Translations under genes and position numbers: made by a program
Assembly: GCA_965249115.1 (NCBI GenBank)
Contig: CBDFLI010000001.1
Coordinates: forward strand, 417,996 to 481,995
Length of the DNA stretch: 64,000 nt
Direction of reading: 5' to 3'
Origin: Dehalococcoidia bacterium
GTDB lineage: Bacteria; Chloroflexota; Dehalococcoidia; Lucifugimonadales; QGNO01
Shown here: piece after piece, positions 32,897 to 44,200 of the stretch
Layout of the letters: every line of letters begins with the position of its first letter
Position numbering within the stretch: the stretch's first letter is position 1
Notes under the pieces: model-generated
Database searches by the model: none
What the model was told of the DNA's origin: nothing
The model's input: only the letters and a program-made list of their open reading frames with translations

Positions 32897-34360
32897 CTAG
32901 CTGTTCGGATTCGCTCCAAGGACCTCAGCCAACTCTTGCCTGCTCATGGGTGTCGCAGGAGTTAAGCCAGGATAGGGGTGGAAGCTGTTACCGCTAACAG
33001 TCCATGCTTGCGAAGGGCCGAATAGCCACCAATAGCCTGGGAAGTCTTCCTGGTTGGCTTTCTCGGAGAAGAACAATAAGTACGACTGACCTGAAGTCAG
33101 ATCAACAGGGCTGAACTCCTCAACCGCTATGGATATTGTTCCTCCCTGCTCTCCTCGCCAGAACTCGGAAACCTCCACCTGATAGAGGGTACACATGACC
33201 GTGCCAGTACTCCCGTTAGGCCGTTGGAACTCGTTGGTGCGAGATTCCCGTTGAACCACCACGCCTTCCACTACCAACATGGAGGTTGCTGCTAGGCGCG
33301 GCAGGTCAATCGGCCAAGCAGTCCAATTAGGGGGATCGTTCCGATCGCTTTGATAAGCGAAGAAGCCGATAGCTCCCAAACCAACGACGATCCCCAACGA
33401 TAGAACTAGACCCATGCCCAAGCCCTGAGTTCGCATGGAAGGGGAGAAGCCGTGTCTATGCCATAAGGCGACCCCGTAGACGACGAACACAAGGCCCGGT
33501 GCGGCGAATATGAGCATGCCAGGTAGACCTGAGCCGAAAGGTGGCAGGTATGCGTAGAAGGAAGCGATGAAGATGAAGCCTGCGGCGATGGCACCGAGGG
33601 CAACGTACGGTACGGGTCGAAGCCGAACAGAGCCAACAACGAGAACCAAACCGATGAGACCATAGAGCGTTGTGGCGAGCCAGCCGAGCCCGACGCCGAT
33701 GGTGCCCTCGCCTACGAGTGTATTTGACGAACTGAAGGCTGGAACGGTTCCAACGGTCACCGTCGCCAGCCCCAACCATGGGATGGCAACACGCGCACGG
33801 GACCATGTGAGGCACCATGCTGCTGCCAAAGACAGATCGGGTACTTGGCCCCACGGAATGCAGCCGGTTCTTGTCTTGGCCTCATTCCATCTTCGATCAC
33901 GCACAGCCATCTCTTCTTTGTCAATAGGAGAGGGACCAAAGCTCAATCTTACATTGGGAGGGAGCCCAGGGAGAGCCTGCATCAAAGCATGAACATCAGG
34001 GGGGTCTCCTAAGAATCCGCTCAAGGATTCCTGTGGCGTCTGGAAGTCTATCACCGGAGACGGGCTACAGGCCCTACTCTTCGGCGTGGAGATGTAAAGG
34101 ACCCTGTACCCTCCAATAAACTCAGGAACGCTTGCTACCCAACTGTCATCGTAGTCGATGTCAAAGATCGGTCTATCCACCCTGACAACCGATTGTGAAA
34201 CTTCCTCCGTGTCAAGAGATTCAGTATGTCCCAGCGGTGCCGCTGGATGCTGGTTTCGTGCCTGGCTGGATTCAGTTGGCGCCTCGTTAAGCATAGGACT
34301 AAAGGTTGTGCTAACAAACACAAAAGCCACCAATAACAACCCCGTGACAACTCCACGCAT
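32897..34360 (-). CDS. Hypothetical membrane protein, possibly chimeric; 5' end abuts an IS fragment
   Basis: 487-aa ORF with soluble N- and C-terminal parts around a hydrophobic multi-TM block. Confidence 0.5.
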   Translation of the reverse strand: MRGVVTGLLLVAFVFVSTTFSPMLNEAPTESSQARNQHPAAPLGHTESLDTEEVSQSVVRVDRPIFDIDYDDSWVASVPEFIGGYRVLYISTPKSRACSPSPVIDFQTPQESLSGFLGDPPDVHALMQALPGLPPNVRLSFGPSPIDKEEMAVRDRRWNEAKTRTGCIPWGQVPDLSLAAAWCLTWSRARVAIPWLGLATVTVGTVPAFSSSNTLVGEGTIGVGLGWLATTLYGLIGLVLVVGSVRLRPVPYVALGAIAAGFIFIASFYAYLPPFGSGLPGMLIFAAPGLVFVVYGVALWHRHGFSPSMRTQGLGMGLVLSLGIVVGLGAIGFFAYQSDRNDPPNWTAWPIDLPRLAATSMLVVEGVVVQRESRTNEFQRPNGSTGTVMCTLYQVEVSEFWRGEQGGTISIAVEEFSPVDLTSGQSYLLFFSEKANQEDFPGYWWLFGPSQAWTVSGNSFHPYPGLTPATPMSRQELAEVLGANPNS

Positions 34361-34716
34361 CTCCGCCGACGAGCCGGGCTCAGAAGTTTCCCCGTGCTGC
34401 CTCCTTTAGAATCTGGTTGTCCAACGTCAGGTCCGCTACCGCACGCCTGAGTCGTCCGTTCTCCGCTTCCATCTCCCGCAACCGCATCGCCTGGTCTATC
34501 CTCAGCCCCCCATACTGCTGGCGCCTTCGGTAAAACGTATGGTCCGATACCCCGATACCCCTGCATGCCTGGACCACCGTCTCCCCTTGCGCCAGGGCCA
34601 CCTCCCCTTCCCTATTATCTCCTCTACACTGCGCTGCTTACTCGCCATTGACTACCCCCTTTCAGCATGTCCAGTTTACGAGTCTATTACTGGACCAGTC
34701 TTTGGGGGGTAGGTCA
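34352..34716 (-). mobile_element. IS3-family (IS407-like) left-end fragment
   Basis: End TGACCTACCCCCC; decayed orfA ...ACRGIGVS..TFYR...YGGL...ENGRL..AVADLTLD..ILKE; orfB start LSPARRR then cut off. Confidence 0.75.
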
Positions 34717-34729
34717 TCTTCAAGCTCCA

Positions 34730-35185
34730 ATGACAGACCGGACCAGGCTGCTGAGTGACAACGGTCCGGGATATGTCTCAAGAGCCTTCAGGGACTACCT
34801 GGGCATGGTCGGCATCAAGCACATCCTGGCGGCGCCCTTCCACCCTCAGACTAACGGCAAGCTGGAGCGATACCACCAGACGCTGAAGCGGGACGTAAAC
34901 CAGGTGCCCTATGAGTTGCCCGCCGACCTGGAGGCAGCTACCGTGGCCTTCGTCAGCTACTACAACTACGGCGCCAGCACAACGCCCTGGGCAACGTGAC
35001 ACCGTCAGACGTTCTCAAGGGAAGACGGTAGGAAATACTCCGACGCAGGTGCAGGAAGGAGGTGCAGGCTCAAACCATCCAACGGCGAAGACTCTACAAC
35101 AGGACCCTCAGGGAGTTCACCAGACCTCCATCCGACTCCTGATCTCTCGGGTGTCAAAGTGTCCCCCTTTTGCTGGTTGACAACA
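34730..35185 (+). mobile_element. 3' fragment of an IS3 element related to 21489-23033, frameshifted
   Basis: DRTRLLSDNGPGY...HPQTNGKLERYH; IRR GTGTCCCCCTTTTGCTGGTTGACAACA. Confidence 0.85.
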
Positions 35186-35280
35186 CCTCAGGAGGCTCGC
35201 CGGTTATGCTGTCATTCTCAACCCGCGGGGCCGGCGCCCAGACCGCCCTCTGTCGCTTCAGCATCTGGGCGTCCGCCGGT

Positions 35281-38200
35281 CTATATCCGGCCGCGTTTCC
35301 GTACAATTATGTATATCACGGCTGCGCCCGCCACGGCCCCGGCCGCCATAAGGATGATCCACCACAGGCTAATTCCGCCATCGTCGACAGGCACGATTGG
35401 CGCCGGCGTCGGCGTCGCGACCGGTTCGGGGAGTCCCTGGACCGGGTTGCTCAAGACGGCCTGTGCCTGCTTGCCGGAACCTTCGCCGTCAGCGTAAGAC
35501 GCCGTGACCCGCAGGTACTTGTCCGCGTCCAGGTCAACGAGCGTATAGGTGGAGGAAGACGCGCCGGCCGTATCTTGCCAGTTCGCGCGGTCTGAGGACG
35601 CGGCCCACTGCCAGGAGATGTCAGACAGCGAGCCGTCGGGATCGCTCAGGGAGGCGGCCAGCGCGGCCCCGACCTTTGGTCGTTCTGAGGACACCGACAC
35701 CGTCCCAGCCTCATCGACGTTGCTGACGTCGATGCTCACTTCAATGCGGTCGTCGATCGTGGAGTCGTCGTTGCCGTAGGCGTCCCTGCCGTCGTGGACG
35801 GAGACGATGACCGTGTGCCTCGCAGGCCCGGATTCGTAGTCGAGCATGCTCCCGGATCCGACGGTGATCTGACCGGTGGAGCCGTCTAGGACGAAGGACG
35901 ACGCCTCGGTCCCTGACAGCGAGTAGGTCAGGACATCGCCGTCCGGATCTGTCGCGGTGATGGCGTCTCCCACGAGGGTGCCCGGCGGTGTGTTCTCATC
36001 AACGGTCAGTAATGTGACGTCGCCTTCGAACGATGGATCTCTTTGGGCGGTCTGCCGTTCCATGACGGCGTGTGCAGACTTGCCTGGGCCGTGTCCGTCC
36101 GTATAGGAGGCCGTTGCCTGGAGGTAGATGCCCACATCGTCTGCGACCGGGGTGTAGGAGTCCAAGCTGGCCCCGGAGATGTCGCTCCAATTGGATCCAT
36201 CTGAGGACGCGGCCCACTGCCAGGAGATGTCAGACAGCGAGCCGTCGGGATCGCTCAGGGAAGCGGCCAGCGCGGCCCCGACCGTTGGTCGTTCTGAGGA
36301 CACCGACACCGTCCCAGCCTCATCGACGTTGCTGACGTCGATGTTCACTTCAATGCGGTCGTCGATCGCGGTGTCGTCGTTTCCGTAGGCGTCTCTGCCA
36401 TCGTGAACAGAGACGATGACTGTGTACCTCGTAGGCCCGGATTCGTAGTCGAGCATGCTCCCGGATCCGACGGTGATCTGACCGGTGGAGCCGTCTAGGA
36501 CGAAGGACGACGCCTCGGTCCCTGACAGCGAGTAGGTCAGGACATCGCCGTCCGGATCCGTCGCGGTGATGGCGTCTCCCACGAGGGTGCCCGGCGGTGT
36601 GTTCTCATCAACGGTCAGTAATGTGACGTCGCCTTCGAACGATGGATCTCTTTGGGCGGTCTGCCGTTCCATGACGGCGTGTGCGGACCTGCCCGAGCCG
36701 TGTCTGTCCGTATAGGAGGCCGTTGCCCGGAGGTAGCTGCCCACGTCGTCTGCGACCGGGGTGTAGGAGTCCGAGTTGGCCCCGGAGATGTCGCTCCAAT
36801 TGGATCCATCTGAGGAAGCGGCCCACTGCCAGGAGATGTCGGACACCGAGCCGTCGGGATCGCTCAGGGAGACGGTCAACGCGGTCCCGACCTCTGGTTG
36901 TTCCAGGGACACCGACATCGTCCCGACCTCATCTACGTTGGTTATCGTGATGGTCACATCGACGTCGTCGCTGGCGTTGCGGTCGTCGCTGACGCGGACC
37001 GTCACCTCGTAGACGGACTGGGTCTCATAGTCCAGCGGGTCTTTCACAATCAACTGGCCGGTGCTGCGGCCGATGCCGAAAGAAGACGCGTCGATCCCCG
37101 ACAACGAGTACGAGAGCCTATCGCCGTTCGGATCTGTGGCAGTGAGGGCGCTGCCCACGGGCGTGCCCGGCGGCGTGTTTTCATCGACAGTGAATGTGGC
37201 GCTGTCACTGCCAATAATGAAGTAAGGGGATCGGTTGGGCGGTCGAGGAGTGGCGTTCAATGAGGCTGACCAATCGCCTGCGCCATAATAGTTCACCGCG
37301 CGAATCTGGAAGGTGTACTCCACGCGGTTGGTCAGTTTTCTCACTGTGTGGGTCGTCGGCGTCGCGTCGCTTTCGGGGATGGGGGTAGCCGGGCCGAACT
37401 CGCGGTCACCGCTGGCCTGACGGTACTCGTACCGGGTGATGCTGGAGTCGGTGGGGTAGGCCCAGGCGAGCCGGACCCCGGCGTTCCGAGCGGTTGCGGA
37501 AAAGTAGGTCGGCGCATCTGGCACCGGCATGGGCGTGGCCCGAACGATGTCCGAGGGCAGGCCTTCTCCATAGAAGTCCACGGCGCGGACCTGGAAGGCG
37601 TACTCCACGCCGTTGGTCAGGCCTTCCACGGTGGCGGACGTGGTTTCTGCTCCGCTTGCTAAAAAGGCCCACTGTGGGATGTCCGACACGTAGACCGAAC
37701 CGAAGTCATCGTTGCCCTCGGGCGCCCCGACCACGATGCTCTGGCCGTCCAGGGCGCCGGAGTTTCCGAACTCGTCGCCCCTTTCTTCTTCGTTGGTGGG
37801 TAAGGTGAGCTTGCCCGACTCCGTTCTGTGGTCTTCGTTCGGATCGTTGGCCCAGACGGCGCCGGCCGGCTTGGTGAAGAGGTAAGCCGCACCGGAACGA
37901 GGATCTTCGTCGCATTCGTCGCATTCGTTGATGTTGGCGGTGTACGCCCCGACCACGATGGAGCCGCCCCGCACCGCAACGGAGTTTCCGAAATGATCTC
38001 CCAGTTCGCGGTCGGAAGCGGCGAGCTTGGCCGTCTCAGTGTTGTCGGCCCAGCCGCCGTCGCCGGTGGGCTCGGTAAAGACGTAAGCTGAACCCCTTTC
38101 TCCGTCGCCTTGTTGGGCCCCGACTACGGCGGTATTGCCGTCCACCGCAACGGAGTTCCCGAACCCATCGCCTGCGTGGCCATTGAAAGCGGTGAGCTTG

Positions 38201-41200
38201 GCCGTCTCTACCCTGTGGGTTTCCCCTGGTTCCGGATCGTTGCCCCACACACCGGTACCCGAATCCCTCGTGAAGACATAGGCCACACCCGTACTGTCGT
38301 TGTATCCCGGCGCCCCAATCACGATGGTTTCACCGTCCACCGCAACGGAGTGACCGAAATAGTTGAATGCGCCGCCGTCGGATGCGGTGAGCTTGGCCGT
38401 CTGTATTCTTTGGGTTCCTGAGACCCCCGGATCGTCGCCCCACACACGGGTCATCGAATTCCTGGTGAAGACATAGGCCGCGCCAGCCTTTCCGTTGTGC
38501 CAGCGTGCCCCGACCACGATGGTTTCACCGTCCACCGCAACGGAGTACCCGAACCAGTCATTCTCCGCGCCGTCGTCGGCAATGAGCTTGACTGGCTTGC
38601 TCCACACACCGGTAAGCGGGTCCCTGATGAAAACATAGGCCGCACCAGCATCGGCGTTATCGTTGGTGTCGTGCTGGTACGCGCCGATTACGGCGACGTT
38701 GCCCTCCACTGCTACGGAGTACCCGAACCAGTCGTTCTCCGCGCCATCGGAGCCGGCAGTGAGCTCGATTGGGCCGCTCCACACACCGTCAACCTCGGTG
38801 AAGACGTAGGCCGCACCGGCGTTGGATTTGCTGCCTACGTTGTGCTTGGGCGCACCAACCACGACGGTGCCACCAACCACGGCGGCGGCATCGTCCACTG
38901 CTACCGATGCCCCGAACGCTCCGTTCCTCTCGCCGTCGGAGCCGGCGGTGAACTTGGTCTGCTCGGGAGGCCGCAGCACCTGGTATCCGGTTAGGGACGA
39001 ATCGCGCGGGTCATCCCAACTGAGTGTTACCTGAGAATCTCCTGGCTGAGCGGACAGACCATCGGTCCTGCCCGGCTTCGCACTCATGGGCGTGGCCGCG
39101 ACGGTTTCGTTAGACGGACGATTGACGGCGGCGTTCACCGAACGCACCCGGAAGGCGTACTCTTGGTCGTTGGTCAGATTGAGCACCCGGTAGAAGTAAT
39201 CCTTGCCGTTGTCGGTCAATTCTGTTGAGACGAAGTCCGTCCACTCCGCGTCTGAGATGTCCATCGCGTAGGCAAAACCGGGATCAATTTCGTCCTGAGG
39301 CGCGCCTGCCAGGAGGGTACCGTCGTCTACTGCAACGGAGTATCCGAGCCCGTCATCCTCGTCGGGATCGGGGCCGGCGAGATTGAGCGTCTGGCTCCAC
39401 ACCCCTAACTTCCGGGCAAACACGTAAGTCGAACCGGTGTCACGAGCGGCGTTGTCGCGGTCGTCCAGGTACGCCCCGACGACGGCGGTATTGCCGTCCA
39501 CCGCAACGGAGTTCCCGAACCCATCGTCTGCGTGGCCATTGGAAGCGGTGAGCTTGAGCGGCTGGCCCCACTTGCCGGAGTTCGAATCCCTCGTGAAGAC
39601 GTAGGCCGCACCAGCATTGGCGTTGGCACCGACGTCGTGCAGGTGCGCTCCAACCACGACGGCATCAACGTCGATGGCCACCGAGACCCCGAATTGGTCG
39701 TTCGCCGCGCCGTCGGGGGCAGTGAATTTGGCCCCCTCAGTGTTGTCGGTCCAGCCGCCGGTGGAAGGCTTGGTGAAGACGTAGGCCGCGCCGGGCCCCA
39801 CCTCGACGTTTGCACCGTTCTCCTCGTACTGGGGCTGGTGCGCCCCAACCACCACGGTATCATCGTCCAGCGACACGGAAATCCCGAACTTGTCGTTCGC
39901 CGCGCCATCGGAAGCAGTGAGCTTGGCGGCCTCGGTGGCGTCGGCCCAGCCGCCGCTCCCGGGCTTGGTGAAGACGTAGGCTGCACCCTCATCGTCATCG
40001 GTGTCGCCGTCGCCGTCAGTGTGGTCGTCCAGGTGCGCTCCTACGACCACTGTTTCGCCGCGCACAGCCACGGAGATTCCGAACTCGTCGCTCTCCGCGG
40101 CGCCGAAAGCGGTGAGCTTGGCTGCTTGGCTCCACACGCCGTCGTCGTCGTCGGCCTCGGTGAAGACGAAGACGTAGGCCGCGCCGGCGTTGCTGTTGCT
40201 CCCCGGGGCCCCGACCACGATGGTGTCGCCGTCCACAGCGACCGAATACCCGAACTCGTCGGTCGCCGCGCCGTCGGAAGCGGTGAGCTTGGCTGCTTGG
40301 CTCCACGCACCGTCGTCGTCGTCGGCCTCGGTGAAGACGAAGACGTAGGCCGCGCCGGCGTTGCTGTTGCTCCCCGGAGCCCCAACCACCGCGGTGTTGC
40401 CATCTATCGCTACCGAATACCCGAACTCGTCGTCGTCAGCACCGTCGTTGTCGGTCAGCTTGCTCTGGGGAAGGTGCAATAGCTGGTGCTTGTCTATCGG
40501 CCGATCCGTGGTCACGGGCGTCACATTCCAGTGGAACGTCGCCTGCGTGTCGCCGCCGGTAGCGCCGAGCCCGGTGGGCCGCCTTGGCGCATCGACGATC
40601 GTCACGTCGTGGAAGGAGGAAGAGAAGCCCGGGAGCATGCCGCTGTTGACGGCCCGGACGACAAACCTATACCTCGTGCCCACCATCAGACCGGAGACGA
40701 TGTGCGAGACCGTGCCGGAATCGCTCCCGGAGATGTCGCTCCAATTGGAACCGCCGTCAGCCGTGTACTGATAGCCGGTGACGGTCAGGCGCGCCCCGGC
40801 CGTATTCCACGTTAACTCCACCTGGCCGACGCCGGTCTGCTCGGCATTGAAGATTGTCGGCCGGGCGGGGCGGGAGCCGGACGCTGACGGGGTCGCGTCC
40901 TCCTCGTTGGTCGTGTCGCTTCCGATGGTCACGTTCACGGCCCGGACCCGGAAGGTGTATGTGGTGCCGTTGGTCAGACCGGTCACAATGTGGGACCTGG
41001 TCACCGCTTTGCTTCCGGTGATGTCGGTCCAATCGTCGCCGAAGTCGCCCCCGGTCTTCTGCTGGTATTGGAACCCGGTAATCGCTGTTTGACTCCCCGA
41101 GTAACGCCAACTCAGCTGCACCTGCTCGTCGCCAGCAACGGCAGTGAGCGCGGTGGGTCTGTCCGCCGGCGCTGTAGCTATTGTTACCGACCAAGGGTCG

Positions 41201-44200
41201 GAAGGATCGCTCTTACCATCGTTTTCGACAGCGCTGTTGACGGCGCGGACCGCGAAGGTGTACGTGGTGCCCACCATCAGTTCGGAGACGGCGTAAGAGA
41301 GGGTGGTGGAATCGCTTGGGTCGATTAGGGTCCAAGCGCCTAGGGTCCAAGTGCCGTCGTTGTTTTTAGTGTCCTGCTTGTACTTGTAACCGGTGACTTT
41401 CAGGGGATCGGCAACCTGTCCCCACTCCAAACGCACCTCGTCTGCGCCGGTCTGCGCGGCGGAGAAGTTCCTGGGTTTCAGGGGTGCCGAGCCGGACGCC
41501 ACCGGTTCCTTGGACGCCTGATCAGACGGGTCGCTTGCGCCGCCGTCATTCACCGCGCGGACCGCAAAGGTGTGCTCCAGCCCATTGGTCAGGCCGGTCG
41601 CAAAGTGGGACCTGGTCTCTCCCGTGCTCCCGGTAATGGGGGCCCACACCTGGATGTCGTAAACGTAGGCGGCCCCCTGATCGTTGCTGCCTTGCCCGTT
41701 TGACCCGACCATGACGGTGAGGCGGTAGACTCCCTCACTGACCGCGACGCGGTCGAGCGCAACGGAAAGCCCGAACCTGTCGCGATTGCCGGTGCCGGAC
41801 CCCGTGAGCTTGATCGGCTCATCATCGTCGGCCCAGCCGCCGGCGGGCTTGGTTAAGACGTAAGCCGACCCTGACCTGGTGGTGTTCAAGGCGTCCGCCC
41901 CGATAACGACGGTGTCGCCGTCCACCGCGACGGACAATCCGAACTGGTCGTTGTCCGCACGGTCGGAGGCGGTGAGCTTGGCCGTCTCAGTCCCTGGGCT
42001 GTTGGCCCAGCCGGCATCGGGCTCGCTGAACACGTAAGCCGAGCCCTTAATGCTGTCGACTCCGCTGGCCCCGACCACGATGGTCTCACCGTCAATGGCT
42101 ACTGAACGCCCGAATCTGTCCCCTCCACTGCGGTCGTAGGCGGTGAGCTCGGCCACCTCAGTACCTAGGCTGTTGGCCCAGCCGGTGTCGGGCTCGATGA
42201 ACACGAAAACCGAACCCTTAGTGCTATCGACTCCGCTGGCCCCAACCACGATGGTGTCACCGTCGATTGCTACCGACCTGCCGAAATCGTCGGAACTCCC
42301 ACTCCGGCTGAGCTTGAGTGTCTCTGTCGTGTCGGCCCAGCCGGCGGCGGGCCTGGCGAAGATGTAGGCGGCATTTTTGTTGTAGGCTCCGACCACGATG
42401 GTGTCCTCGTCATCGTTCACCGCAACCGCCTCCCATCCGAACTCGTCGGAGGCGCCGCCCCCGTCGGCTAGGAGCTTGGCCGTCTCTATTCTGTGGTCTT
42501 GGCCTGCATCGTTCCCCCAGTCGGAATCGGCGTCTTTGGTAAAGACGTACACTGCACCGTGACCGGAGCTGCCAGTGCCTTCCCTGGGCGCGCCAACCAC
42601 TATGGTGTTGCCTTTCAACGCCACGGAATTTCCGAACAGGGCGTTAGCTTCAGGGATGCTGGGCCTGAGCCTGGCCACCTGGCTCCACGTGCCGGATGAG
42701 TCCCGGATGAACACGAAGGCCGCGCCGGCATTGAGGCCACCGTCGTCGTCCCCAGGCATTCCGACCACGGCGGTGTCGCCGTCAATCGCTACGGCATACC
42801 CGAACTCATCGTCCGCCGTCGGACTGGTGGCGGCCAGGATGGCGTTCTCGGCATGCTGCCATAGTTGGTAGCTGTTTATGGGCGGCGAGCCCTCGTCGGG
42901 AAGGTTCCAGCTCAGCCTCACCTGGGTATCGCCGGGCGCAGCAGAGAGCTCTTTCGGCTGGGCTGGTTTCGGCTTTAACGGGGTGGCCCTGAGGGGGTCT
43001 GCGGGCGGGCCGGCGACAGCCCCTTCCACCTTGTCCACCGCGCGGACCTGAAGGCTGTACTCGACCCGGTTGGTCAGACCGGCGACGGTGTGGGACGTGG
43101 TCGTCGCGTCGCTATTGGCAATGTCGGCCCACTCCGGGACTACCCACAGTTGGACGGCGCCTGAATCGGGGCCGCTGTTGTTGGACTTGTAGGCCCCAGC
43201 CAGGACGGTGTCGCCGGCCACCGCAACGGAGTACCCCAACCAGTCGCCCTTTCCACGGGAGGGCCCGGTGAGCTTCGTCTTCTGACTCCACCCGTTGGAA
43301 TCCCGGGTGAAGACGTAGGCCGAACCGGCATTGTCGCCATTGTCGTCGTCCAGGTAGGCCCCGACCACGATGGTGTCCTCGTTATCGTCCACCGCCACGG
43401 CAATCCCGAATTCGTCTCCTCTCATAGCATCGGAGGCGATGAGCTTCGGGGTCTCAGTGCCGTCGGCCCAGCCGCCGCTCTCGGGCTTGATGAAGACGTA
43501 GGCCGCACCGGCGTTAGCCTTCTCGATGCCGACGCCGACATCGTACTTGTGCGCACCAACCACGACGGTTTCGCCGTGCACAGCCACGGAGATTCCGAAC
43601 GCGTCGTTCTCCGCGGCGTTATCGGCGGTGAGCTTGGCGGTCTCGGTGGCGTCGGCCCAGCCGCCGCTCTCGGGCTTGATGAAGACGTAGGCCGCACCTT
43701 CGTTGTTGTCTTGGTCATCGGCGTCGTTTTGGTGTGCTCCTACGACCACGGTTTCGTCGTGCACCGCCACGGAGATTCCGAACGCGTCGTTGACCGCGGC
43801 GTCGGAAGCAGTGAGCTTGGCGGCCTCGGTGGCGTCGGCCCAGCCGCCGCTCTCGGGCTTGGTGAAGACGTAGGCGGCGCCGGAGTCAGCGACGTCGTCG
43901 GTGATGTCTACGTCGTCGTCGTTGGCGTTTTTCAGGTGCGCTCCTACGACCACGGTGTCGTCGTGCACCGCCACGGAAATCCCGAACTCGTCGTTCGCCG
44001 CGGCGTCGGAAGCCGTTAGCTTGGCCTTCTGGCCCCAGACACCGGAGACCTTGATGAAGACGTAGGCGACGCCTTCGTCATTGTCTTGGTCGTCGGCGTC
44101 GTTTTGATGCGCTCCCACGACGATGGTGTCGCCTTCGATAGCGACAGAGATTCCGAATTCGTCGTTCGCCGCAGCGTCGGAAGCGGTGAGCTTGGCCGCC

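Noticed and set aside
39575-39595. GTTCGAATCC T-loop motif suggesting a tRNA
   Set aside because: It lies within the adhesin coding sequence and no cloverleaf can be formed
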